From positions 32,001-96,000 of IMG/VR virus record IMGVR_UViG_3300021594_000641: 64,000 bases of DNA; one strand, written 5' to 3'. Below, in pieces: positions 8,176 through 17,503 of the stretch (the first letter of the stretch is position 1; every line of letters starts with the position of its first letter). The position numbers and the translations under genes were made by a program. The notes beneath the pieces are model-generated. The model did no database searches, had not been told where the DNA came from, and worked only from the letters and a program-made list of their open reading frames with translations. This DNA comes from a virus.

Positions 8176-10410
8176 TCATGCCTTCTCAATGTGAAAATAA
8201 GAAAACAGGGCAGGGCTCTTGTCTGACCCTACGCCAGAAACACCAACAGCTTTACCGTAAAGTGACGTTTGCGTAGTGACGGTCATCAGCCTTTCTGCTG
8301 AGGATGTATCTTCAAGAGCTACATTTATTTTTGCAGACTCGCTGTCTTCTCCAGGCTTTACTGACACAGACAGCCTGTACCATTTGTTCTTTTCTATCTT
8401 TATTTCAGAGGACGAACTTATTGGGTAAGCAGACTCCCCCGATATCTTTGAAATATTTACCTTTCCGTTCTCTTGGTCTAGTTCTACAAAAATGAACTCG
8501 TTATTTTTTGTTTCCAAATTAAACTTACTGTTAAGGACTATTCCGGCGTTGCTGCCTTCTTCAGGTATCAATATTTCTGAAGATATTAGTAAATTACTTG
8601 AAGATGTGTAACCGCAGTCGTGCCACAATGCTGAATTGAAATAAGTTGTGCTCAAAGCTCTATAGACAGTCTCCATAGACAAGAACCCAGAGTCTATCTC
8701 TGGAGGCTTTACTGTGTTGAATTCTCCTGAGTCTATGTACCACTTATCCGCAGTGTCATTGTTGAAATACAAAGTCACAGGTAAATCTTGACAGTCAAGA
8801 GTTATTACAGAAACACTTTCGTCTAACAAAGCGGCAGGTGTTGGAGTTGTCGTAGGCTTAGGTTCCCACTCTATGCTCATCTGGCCAGCAGGGTCGCAAG
8901 GCTTGGTCATGTCTGCAATAGCCGGGCAGTCATTATGAGTTGATAGCCTGACAGAAAGAGAAGTGCTGTGGTCATTTATAGCGTAAAGCTCAACTTTAAA
9001 AGTGCTGTTAGATTTAAAAGCGGTTCCTCCAAATTTTTGATTTATTTCTGTACTCTTTCCGTATTCAAGTTTAACTTTTTTAGAAGTAAAAATAAGCCTT
9101 TCTTTTAATGAGTCAAACAAGACTCTGTAGACCTTAACGTATATACGAACTTTTTTATATATTTCCAGAAGAGTCCCAGACGGTAGACTTACTTTAAAAT
9201 AAAAAAACCAATTACTTACAGGTAAATTAAAATCATGAGGAATAGGGTTAGGATCGCAAGGCACGTTAGAACAAAACTGTAGAAAAGGGACATCCCCGCA
9301 ATCAGTGTATGTATGTACATACGTTTCTAACTTTATTTCTTTTTTGGGGGCTATAGCTTTTTCGTAATAGCTTGGACCTCCCGGACAACAACAGTCTGCC
9401 CCAGGAGGACAGTCGCATCCGTGATAGCTTACTCTGCCATATTCGCCTATATGCCCAAAAGGCCTACCGGGAAGAAGTGGATAATAATGTCTGACTAGTT
9501 CACACTGAGGGTCTTTACTTCCTCCAAAATCTCCTGCGTCATCTGGAAGTCTGTTGGTAGCCGCGCAAGTATCTATAAGACCCAGCGGGTAATCTACGGC
9601 TATTCCTCCTATTTCATTTTCATCTTCATCAACATATTTGGCTGTTTCAAAAGGTTCTTCAAATATTATGTTTATATTCCCTGCGCAGTCTGGCACAGCA
9701 GAGTTTATGAACTGAATACCTTCCTTGTTGCACGTGTTGCTTTCAGGTCTTCCAGAGCAACTACCTCTGTACTTATCAAATACGTTAGTGTTAGGGTCTT
9801 CTTTCAATGCGACGACTATGGCTTGCCTTTCTATCCCGTCTATTAACTTTGTTTGTTTTGTTATTGATACATTGGTTCCTTCCTTTAGCTCTATCAGACC
9901 TTTAAACAATATGGAGCTATTTACTTTAGACAAAGAAGTCACGGGAAAGTTAGAATAGAACCTAGAAGTTTTTGGATTCAAAGACGACTGGCTAGAACTA
10001 CTAAACCTTCCGCTATACTCAGTGTTGGTGCCTTCTCCAAATACTATCCAGCCGCCAACTCCTTCGCTGAGAGGATTGACAGAATAAGGCTTACCTATCT
10101 GAAGAGGTTTTTTTACAGTCACGGCACAAACAGGAGAATACGTTTCTACGGCTACAGGTTGATCTGTGTCTGAATAGTTGGCCGGATGCTTTACTGCCAC
10201 AAGAGTAACTGTTACTAAAGTTTTAGTTACGTTTACGCCGCTGACCATTACCAGTGAGCCTAAAGACTTCGGCAGCCTAAGATTTATATCTGTAATTATA
10301 GTGTCAGACATGTTGACGCCGTTGTCGTCAACGCCCGTGACTCCATCGTCCAGAGGATACTGCCTGGTCGAATTAAGGTTATACCAGTTGTTGTTTACAA
10401 CCGAACCCAT
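8176..10410 (-). CDS. Baseplate/tail-fibre paralog with C-terminal concanavalin-A/LamG-like beta-sandwich
   Basis: WYNLNSTRQYPLDD and FINSAVPDCAGNINI motifs; C-terminal AGIVL...FVELDQENGKVNI...KNKWYRLSVSV...GVSG pattern typical of lectin-like folds. Confidence 0.6.
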   Translation of the reverse strand: MGSVVNNNWYNLNSTRQYPLDDGVTGVDDNGVNMSDTIITDINLRLPKSLGSLVMVSGVNVTKTLVTVTLVAVKHPANYSDTDQPVAVETYSPVCAVTVKKPLQIGKPYSVNPLSEGVGGWIVFGEGTNTEYSGRFSSSSQSSLNPKTSRFYSNFPVTSLSKVNSSILFKGLIELKEGTNVSITKQTKLIDGIERQAIVVALKEDPNTNVFDKYRGSCSGRPESNTCNKEGIQFINSAVPDCAGNINIIFEEPFETAKYVDEDENEIGGIAVDYPLGLIDTCAATNRLPDDAGDFGGSKDPQCELVRHYYPLLPGRPFGHIGEYGRVSYHGCDCPPGADCCCPGGPSYYEKAIAPKKEIKLETYVHTYTDCGDVPFLQFCSNVPCDPNPIPHDFNLPVSNWFFYFKVSLPSGTLLEIYKKVRIYVKVYRVLFDSLKERLIFTSKKVKLEYGKSTEINQKFGGTAFKSNSTFKVELYAINDHSTSLSVRLSTHNDCPAIADMTKPCDPAGQMSIEWEPKPTTTPTPAALLDESVSVITLDCQDLPVTLYFNNDTADKWYIDSGEFNTVKPPEIDSGFLSMETVYRALSTTYFNSALWHDCGYTSSSNLLISSEILIPEEGSNAGIVLNSKFNLETKNNEFIFVELDQENGKVNISKISGESAYPISSSSEIKIEKNKWYRLSVSVKPGEDSESAKINVALEDTSSAERLMTVTTQTSLYGKAVGVSGVGSDKSPALFSYFHIEKA

Positions 10411-12176
10411 TACGGCACCTTGAGGTACGTAGTGTTTGAAATTATTCCTTTAGGTATCACAGTTCCGTTTGTTCTAGCTGTCAGCTGTATAGTCACAAAA
10501 TCAGAATCAGTTATAGGATGCCCAGGAGTGTGCGGTATTTTATAATCCGCGTACAGAGGACCGCTGTAAACTATTTCTTGTTTTCTTTTGTAATTAGTCG
10601 CGTAATAGTCCGTGTTGTTCTCATACTTCACATGCAATGACTTCATGTTCACAGAGTAAGGGTTAGGATCGTCGACTAGTTTTATTGAGAAGCTGCCTAT
10701 ATCTGTAAAGGTAGTACTGTTTAATGCCCCAGCAGCTCCTGTTGTGCTTTCAGACGGTATGTAGGTAACGATTCCCTTGTCGGCAAATCTTGCTTGATCT
10801 ATGAAACCTATCCAAGCTCCAAAGTTTCCTCCTATTAGTCCTATGAAAGCTTTAGTGACAAAGTTTCCGTTAGGAGCGTCTAGTAGAGGAATTTCTCCTA
10901 TCCAAGTAAGGTCTTGGCTCTTGTAGAAAGATATATCGAATTTTACTTGAGCCAACCTTTGTTGGTTTATGGCGTTCCACTCCACATAATGGTTTGGCCA
11001 CTCTCCTCCTATGGAATAGCTAGTAGGTTTGTTGCCTTTACCGTCATATATAAAAAGGCTGTCTGGATTAATTCTTCCAACCAAGTCAGTCGACCCTGAA
11101 AAGTCTAAGTTTACTTTTACTGTACTTTTGCAAGCTTCTGAAGAGTTACACAGACCAAAAGCCACTTTGGCGCAAACGCTGTCTTTGAACCTGTACGGTA
11201 TTACAGATATGCTCAAAGGGCTGTAGCTGTCTCTACATAATTTAAATTGCTCAAGCCTGGCCACATTAGACGAATGATTAGTCCGAACTCTAGCCGCTGC
11301 CTCGCTTATTGTTTTATATATCTCATGAACTTTCTTTAGAGCTCTATACGTGTTAACGAAATCGTCGCAAGAACAACAAGGCAGGCAGTTGTTTCTAAGG
11401 CTGAATCCGTTGTTGTTTCCTATAAGTATTTTCTTGTTTTCTCCTGTTCCAGATGTTGTGCCAGTTCTTGCTGTCCAAAAGCAGTCTTTAGCTTGAACCA
11501 CGAAATTCCCATTAGCGTCTGGTCCAACACCGTTTATTCTTTTCAACTCAGCGTAAGTATCTACGCATCCTGGGTATTGTCCTTGCCCGTACCCTGGCAC
11601 AGCTTCAATGTATACTTTGTTTACCCTAGCTTTTCCTGCGGTTGTTACTGTTTCGGTATTATCTAGTTTGAAGTTATAGCCTGCTACAAACTCAACAGCG
11701 TTTTTTATAGTGTTACCGTTTACTATCAGACTAGTTACAGTTTTTGGTAAAAGCTCAGAAACCCTTTCGTCCAATATCGCGTTTTCTGGCTCTATGAATG
11801 AAGGGTAAGAAATTACGTCTTCCAAGTCATGTTGGCCATTATGCTGCACTATTCTGCATATTGCGTCTTCTGCTTTCCACTCGTGAATTGTAAAACGGTC
11901 TGACCAAGTATCTACTCTATATTCAGTCTCATCTGATACGAATACCGTAGAGCCGTTAGCGTCTACTACCCAGACCTCCGCTCTTTCTTCTGAAGGAGGC
12001 TGAGTTATATTTAGTACTGTTTTTATTTTTAAAGGTAAGACCGCGCTTTCTACGTTATGACACAAGTACATATCGGCCAAAAGCCGTGGCATCTCTGCGA
12101 CTTCATGAATAAATGGAAAGTGCTGCCCGTAAGGGTTAACGGCTATTCCATATCCTCCTTCCGCAACGACGCCCAT
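10410..12176 (-). CDS. Baseplate/tail-fibre paralog family member
   Basis: Start moved to ATG 12176 (TAATG overlap with HNH stop). KRINGVGPDANGNF and LPCCSCDDF motifs. Confidence 0.6.
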   Translation of the reverse strand: MGVVAEGGYGIAVNPYGQHFPFIHEVAEMPRLLADMYLCHNVESAVLPLKIKTVLNITQPPSEERAEVWVVDANGSTVFVSDETEYRVDTWSDRFTIHEWKAEDAICRIVQHNGQHDLEDVISYPSFIEPENAILDERVSELLPKTVTSLIVNGNTIKNAVEFVAGYNFKLDNTETVTTAGKARVNKVYIEAVPGYGQGQYPGCVDTYAELKRINGVGPDANGNFVVQAKDCFWTARTGTTSGTGENKKILIGNNNGFSLRNNCLPCCSCDDFVNTYRALKKVHEIYKTISEAAARVRTNHSSNVARLEQFKLCRDSYSPLSISVIPYRFKDSVCAKVAFGLCNSSEACKSTVKVNLDFSGSTDLVGRINPDSLFIYDGKGNKPTSYSIGGEWPNHYVEWNAINQQRLAQVKFDISFYKSQDLTWIGEIPLLDAPNGNFVTKAFIGLIGGNFGAWIGFIDQARFADKGIVTYIPSESTTGAAGALNSTTFTDIGSFSIKLVDDPNPYSVNMKSLHVKYENNTDYYATNYKRKQEIVYSGPLYADYKIPHTPGHPITDSDFVTIQLTARTNGTVIPKGIISNTTYLKVP

Positions 12177-12682
12177 TACTTCTCCTCGTTTGTATACCTC
12201 TTGAGCCAATTACAGTTAGCGCACAGCAGCTGATAGTTTTCAGGATTCTTGAGCACCTTTCTATACCTTTGCAGAGAGTTAGCATTCCTTCTTTCCTTGG
12301 AGCCTCCTCCGGCTATGTGGTCTATGTGCAGCACGTCTCTTAACGATATTCCGCAAGACTTGTTTGCACACTTTCCTCCCAACAGCTCTATGACTTTTGC
12401 TCTCTCTGCCGCGCTCCTTTCCCTGAACGACTTACTCTCTACCCTTCTTTTTTCTTGCCTAATTTTTTTAAAGTCTTCCAGCTGCGTTCTCTTTAAGATT
12501 GCCCTGCTCCTGTCTGACATGCCTCCTCTTCTTTTTGGTATTTTCTTTATGCTCAAGCATACTTTGCATGTCTTCTTGTAATTGATTACTCCCCTGTATG
12601 TAAAAGTATCAAACTCAGACAGCGGTTTTTCTTTATTGCATACATTACAACGGGGCGCTGGAACTTTCGCATCCTGTGTCAT
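12176..12682 (-). mobile_element. Free-standing HNH homing endonuclease
   Basis: N-terminal CNVC...CKVC zinc finger; C-terminal LLGGKCANKSC...LHIDHI...YQLLCANCNWLK HNH core; overlaps both neighbouring genes. Confidence 0.85.
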
Positions 12683-13613
12683 TTAGCTTGCTCCCCAGGA
12701 CTGTGGTAGTCATGGCTGTCACGCTACCATCAAGCCTGCTGATGTAGTTACTTAGACTCAGGGCAGAATTTTGCAAAGACTGCAAGTCATTTGTTACGGC
12801 CTCCAGCTCTTGACAACCACAACAAGGTTTTGAGTAAAGATCGTTTACTTGAAGCCCGTTAACTTTTGCGTCTAGGCTTACATTCGTGTCAGTCTGGAGA
12901 GTAAAGTTTCCTTCTGGAGTAGGCGCTATTCCGTTTATTGTTCTTATGCAAGGAGATTGAGATGCTTCATCGGTACAGACGCAGTCTTTTGTAAGACCCT
13001 CTCCGCTAACGGCATCAAATCTTATTTTTGGAGCATCTGTTCCTTGCTGAGAATAGGTTAAGGATACATTCGTTCCAGCTATAAGTTCTATTGCCCCAGT
13101 AAGCTTTTCTGATCTGTCGTTTCCATTCACTAAAGTTATTGAAGTGACGCCTCTTATTATTGGCCGGATACAGTCTGTATCTAGCTTACCGCCAGAGTAG
13201 TCAAAAAAGTATTGCCCAGCAGGCAGAGCTTTTATTTCTTCTAGTTTTCCAAAAACTATTTTACCAACAGAGTCTGAATAACTATCTATTCCTACTAACG
13301 CGTAGCTCTTGTTTTCTGTATGCGCGGAAAAAGCCATAGACGTGCTGGCTACGGCGGTTACTGAATTGTTGCTTCCTAAGTATCCCAAAACCAAAGTAAG
13401 CCCTGTGCTGAACATGGACATGGAGTAAATAAAGAAATTTTCAGGAACTACGTTTACGCCGGCATTTACAGGAAAGTATAAAGATAAAATTATCGTGTCT
13501 GGGATACGAAATGACGAGCTCTGATCTAGCTTTGTGGCGCTGTCAGCTAAAGGATAACTTCTTAGGGCATTGGCATTTAGCCACTCTAAACCCCATACTG
13601 CTGGTGATGGCAT
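12645..13613 (-). CDS. Baseplate/tail-fibre paralog family member
   Basis: WLNANALRSYPLADS, RTINGIAPTPEGNF and KPCCGCQEL motifs; C-terminal coiled-coil-like segment. Confidence 0.6.
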   Translation of the reverse strand: MPSPAVWGLEWLNANALRSYPLADSATKLDQSSSFRIPDTIILSLYFPVNAGVNVVPENFFIYSMSMFSTGLTLVLGYLGSNNSVTAVASTSMAFSAHTENKSYALVGIDSYSDSVGKIVFGKLEEIKALPAGQYFFDYSGGKLDTDCIRPIIRGVTSITLVNGNDRSEKLTGAIELIAGTNVSLTYSQQGTDAPKIRFDAVSGEGLTKDCVCTDEASQSPCIRTINGIAPTPEGNFTLQTDTNVSLDAKVNGLQVNDLYSKPCCGCQELEAVTNDLQSLQNSALSLSNYISRLDGSVTAMTTTVLGSKLNDTGCESSSAPL

Positions 13614-13621
13614 TTGGCACC

Positions 13622-15418
13622 TTAAGCTGAGTACAACACGGCTACGGCATCAATTATTCCTATCTCTCCCAAATACCCGTCTGTAGCACTTCTCTCTACA
13701 GTAAACAGTACTTCAGCCGACTCTGTTACCACAATAGCCGCAGTTTCAACTTCCTTGTATTGTCCTGAGGTTATTGTCACAGAGACGCTGCCGTGAATAG
13801 TGTCAGAGGTTGGAAGAGCCGTGGCAGCCACAGGCCTGGGCAGTAGCCTATAAGATACATTTAGACTTGGAGAGCCTGAAGCGTCTCCATATAGCCACAG
13901 TCTTAGTTTTATCCTAGGGTTGGTTGGAAAGTTGCTAGCGCCAGGCATTCTAAACTTATACCTGACTGATGATGTTTTTTCGGCTTGAAACCCTAGGTAC
14001 ATTATTTCAGATTCATATCTTTCCTTAGCGTCTATTACTCTGACTACTTGAGGAGTTATGAATCTTTCAAGGCCTTCAACATCAGCACGTATGCTGACTA
14101 CCCCTTGGTGAACTGTGTCTGAGTCTCCATTTACAAAAGAGTGAGTGCTGGTGATGACCACAGAGTCGTCAGCGGCTATTAGCCCTTCTGTGACGTAACC
14201 CCTTTTAAACTTATTGTTAACTATGTTTTTTAGCGCCAAGCTACCAGATACATTTTCCTGGTCTATCTGATAAGTGCTATCAAACTTTAATATTACGTCG
14301 CCAGCGGTGACGTTGTTTCCGTCTTGATCTACTACCCTTATTGGAGTGGCGTCGTTGTAAGGCCTTATGCTTGTTACTACAGAGCTGTCGTTACCGTATC
14401 TAACTTTAGAAAAATAAAGTACAAGCTTGCTCTCAGCGTTTCTTGGACACTCTGGGTAACTTGTAGCGCTTTGAACAGAAGAAGAGCTGTAGTATTCTTG
14501 CCACGGAGCCTCTCCGTTACAGTTGCTCATCCACCATATGCCATTCCTGTCGACAATAACTAAACCGTTAGGTCCGGTAGGCACCTCTAATCCAAAATTT
14601 TGTAACGCTGCTCCTATCTCTAAATCCATAAAAACAGTCAACGACGCACTAGATTCAGGAAGAGGCGGCCAGAGTGGAGCCAGCTTTGTGTCCTTATCTA
14701 GGTTATAACCGAAAGCCGATCCGTACGGAGCCAGGCCATTAAAAACTTCATGGTCTGCTGGCAGCCAACCCATTAAGTCAGGGTCTGGAGATGTGATTAC
14801 AGCCCTATCCGCTCCATTAACGTTTTGTACGGTAGCCGTACCGGCTGGCTTCATGTAAAGCTCAGCCTTGTAATGAACATGCGCCTCTAAAAGATTTTTA
14901 GATTGAATGCTTACGTAAACAACGCCATTTCCGTCAGCGTACAGTACTGATATTGATAAGCCTGGAGACTGTTTTAGTATTTTTCCAGCTTCCTGTCCTG
15001 ATAAATAATACCTGCCTGGAGTTACAGACCCTACTACCGCTGGAGATATGTCTAACGATACTTTTCCTGAAAGAACAAGCGTGGCAACAGTAGCTGAAGC
15101 CTTGCTGTACACAACTCCAACAACTTCAGTTCTGGAGGTTGTTTCGAACGAGCCGTTTGTTGTTGAGTAGACCTCAGCCAGAGCTTTCTCAAACCTCTGG
15201 TTGGCCACATTCCAATAAACAGCGTTGCCTACAACAACGGTCTCGTCCACGGCCACATCAAACGCAAACGTAGCTTGTCCGTTGTCTATGGCGTCTATTC
15301 TATCTTTAAGATATACAGTCCTATCTGCCAAAGACCTGTCTGGACGCCCAGAGATATTTGCGTCTACGCGTTCGCCGTCTTGAATAAATTTTACGTTGTC
15401 TGTCCAGTTTCCAGCCAT
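13622..15418 (-). CDS. Tail fibre / baseplate-attachment protein
   Basis: N-terminal GERVDANISGRPDRSLADRTVYLKDRI resembles phage fibre baseplate-binding N-termini; beta-rich body. Confidence 0.6.
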   Translation of the reverse strand: MAGNWTDNVKFIQDGERVDANISGRPDRSLADRTVYLKDRIDAIDNGQATFAFDVAVDETVVVGNAVYWNVANQRFEKALAEVYSTTNGSFETTSRTEVVGVVYSKASATVATLVLSGKVSLDISPAVVGSVTPGRYYLSGQEAGKILKQSPGLSISVLYADGNGVVYVSIQSKNLLEAHVHYKAELYMKPAGTATVQNVNGADRAVITSPDPDLMGWLPADHEVFNGLAPYGSAFGYNLDKDTKLAPLWPPLPESSASLTVFMDLEIGAALQNFGLEVPTGPNGLVIVDRNGIWWMSNCNGEAPWQEYYSSSSVQSATSYPECPRNAESKLVLYFSKVRYGNDSSVVTSIRPYNDATPIRVVDQDGNNVTAGDVILKFDSTYQIDQENVSGSLALKNIVNNKFKRGYVTEGLIAADDSVVITSTHSFVNGDSDTVHQGVVSIRADVEGLERFITPQVVRVIDAKERYESEIMYLGFQAEKTSSVRYKFRMPGASNFPTNPRIKLRLWLYGDASGSPSLNVSYRLLPRPVAATALPTSDTIHGSVSVTITSGQYKEVETAAIVVTESAEVLFTVERSATDGYLGEIGIIDAVAVLYSA

Positions 15419-15426
15419 TACTCACC

Positions 15427-15993
15427 TCACTTGAATTTTTCAATCCAGCTAACGCCTATTTGGCTGGAAGCCTGCTTGGCTACCTGGTTTGCAGTAGCGT
15501 AATATTTTCTAGCGAATACTACGTCTCTAGTGCTGTCACTCCAGGAAGGAGTGGCCACAAGGGCAAGACCGTATACTTTGCTGTTCGAGCCATTTGAAAA
15601 AGTTTTGCCGTGTACTCCTTGAGTACCGGCTGTCTGGGCTAAGAAAGTTAATTGATTGAAAGCTATGCCGTGATACCCTGAGGCCAAGCCTTTGGCCGGA
15701 CTTGAAAGCAGAGGCACTCTTAAAAAATCTTTTGTTGCCGACATGTACAAGGTGTCGTAATATTCTTTTCCTTCGTCTCTCGTGTAGCTTGGAGTTGTTG
15801 GAGTTCCAGAAGTGTTCTCAAACTCTACATACATGGCTGAGATTTTATAGTCCGGGTTTCCGTCACCAAAAAGATGACAAGCTATTTCGCCCCAGCTCCA
15901 CTGTATTTGGTTGCTTTCAGTAGATCGGATAGTCCACAAGCCGTGCTTGTTGATATCGTAAAGTGATACTGTTCCCTGCACTTCTGCGTTCAT
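15427..15993 (-). CDS. Tail-collar/baseplate wedge-associated protein
   Basis: Start moved to ATG 15993 (GAGGTG RBS). C-terminal GLALV...VVFARKY...KQASSQIGVSWIEKF resembles tail-collar fibre proteins; follows the wedge gene. Confidence 0.55.
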   Translation of the reverse strand: MNAEVQGTVSLYDINKHGLWTIRSTESNQIQWSWGEIACHLFGDGNPDYKISAMYVEFENTSGTPTTPSYTRDEGKEYYDTLYMSATKDFLRVPLLSSPAKGLASGYHGIAFNQLTFLAQTAGTQGVHGKTFSNGSNSKVYGLALVATPSWSDSTRDVVFARKYYATANQVAKQASSQIGVSWIEKFK

Positions 15994-16006
15994 CGCTACA
16001 AGCACC

Positions 16007-17503
16007 TCACAGCAAATTTCCCCGCACAACGCGTGCGACTATTGTGTCTGACACATCGGTTGTGGTTATTTCTGTTTCAAAGGTTGTTCCCATACCTGTG
16101 AACGACCCTATCTCTTCAGTATCCTCGTAATCAGCTTGCAGCACTTCTTCTTCAATGTCTTGCAAGTCTATTAGAAGAAACATGGTTGTGTGAGGCGGTA
16201 TCAGGTTTCTTAAATAAGTAATATTTTCTATTCCAGCGAAACCTGGCCTAACCGATCCTGCCTTTATTTTTACCAAAAAAGCGCCGTTTCTTAAAACGTT
16301 TTCGGCCAAAAATTTCAAAGGGTTGATTACTGAAGGTACGTTAGTGGGTCCTGGCTCTCCGTATTTCACAGGCCTATTATCGAATGCGTCTGCAAGGGTC
16401 ATGGCCATAGCCAAGCCCCTCTTGTGCGTGTCATCCCAGAAAGCTTCCACATCAAAAGGATGCCCGCCAAGATAAAAGCTCATCTTGGCTTTTCCATTAC
16501 TGTCGTACTCAAAATCTACCGGCACTTCTTCGTTATTAAATCCTATGTCGCCTATGTATTGTATTCCCATGTATCTTTTTGAAAGGTTTAGACCCTTCAA
16601 AGATTCTGGCACCTCTCCTCTGTTAAACTCATGCACTAAAATTCCATCAGTCATTTCCTGGTCTACTCTTAACGAGTCACCGATAGAAACAACGGCTTGA
16701 GAATTTTTGTTAAACTTGTAAACATTTTTATTTGTAATGACAAGTAAGTTATTTCTGTCGTAAGTTATGTCTTCTACGGTTTCATTTCCTTTTGCCAGAG
16801 GTATGCCGGTAGTGGCGGCTATCCCGTCCAAAGTTTTTCCCATGGACGTGCCTAAAACCATTGAATCGTATACGTTGTTCAACAAATCTTTGTATGGCTG
16901 ACTAGACTTAGCCCACAGTCCTATAACGTAGCCAAAATGGCTGTACAGGTATTCTTTGTCTATTCTTGGCAATTGAAGCCATAAAACTATCTCTTCGTCT
17001 CCTTCTGTGGTTTGATGCGCAAAACTGTCATTATTGAAAGGGTTCTCAGCGAAGAATAAACGATGATTGGCTGAGTCTATATAAAAATCAAGGTTTCTAA
17101 ATAGAACAGTTGAAGGGCTGGATATTCTATTTGTGATTATGGGGCAATCTACTATTTCTTCAGGCAGAGGATAAAAAAAAGAAAATCCTGAAGACCTTCT
17201 TCCGTAACTGGCAGCGGTTGTTCCGTAATAGCTTTCTTCGCCATAATTATTAGCCAGGCCGGATATTACTGACTTTTTCATAGTCAGCTCTAACCAGTAT
17301 TCTTTTCTAAATACTGGAATGTCCAATCTGCTTCTGCAATCTATGGCTTCTTGAAGCCTTTCAAAAGTTTGCTTTGTTAGATTGCATCGTCCTTTTAATG
17401 CTTCGGCCAGGTAGTCGTTGCCGGTATAAACTTCCTCCCAGAATCCTCCAAGGAGTCGGAGGATCTGACCCTTGTCATCCAGCTGGGTAGGAAAATTTAT
17501 CAT
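16007..17503 (-). CDS. Baseplate wedge protein (gp7/P2 gpI-like position)
   Basis: 498 aa, downstream of baseplate J; ends with the YLRNLIPPHTTMFL motif typical of wedge subunits. Confidence 0.55.
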   Translation of the reverse strand: MINFPTQLDDKGQILRLLGGFWEEVYTGNDYLAEALKGRCNLTKQTFERLQEAIDCRSRLDIPVFRKEYWLELTMKKSVISGLANNYGEESYYGTTAASYGRRSSGFSFFYPLPEEIVDCPIITNRISSPSTVLFRNLDFYIDSANHRLFFAENPFNNDSFAHQTTEGDEEIVLWLQLPRIDKEYLYSHFGYVIGLWAKSSQPYKDLLNNVYDSMVLGTSMGKTLDGIAATTGIPLAKGNETVEDITYDRNNLLVITNKNVYKFNKNSQAVVSIGDSLRVDQEMTDGILVHEFNRGEVPESLKGLNLSKRYMGIQYIGDIGFNNEEVPVDFEYDSNGKAKMSFYLGGHPFDVEAFWDDTHKRGLAMAMTLADAFDNRPVKYGEPGPTNVPSVINPLKFLAENVLRNGAFLVKIKAGSVRPGFAGIENITYLRNLIPPHTTMFLLIDLQDIEEEVLQADYEDTEEIGSFTGMGTTFETEITTTDVSDTIVARVVRGNLL

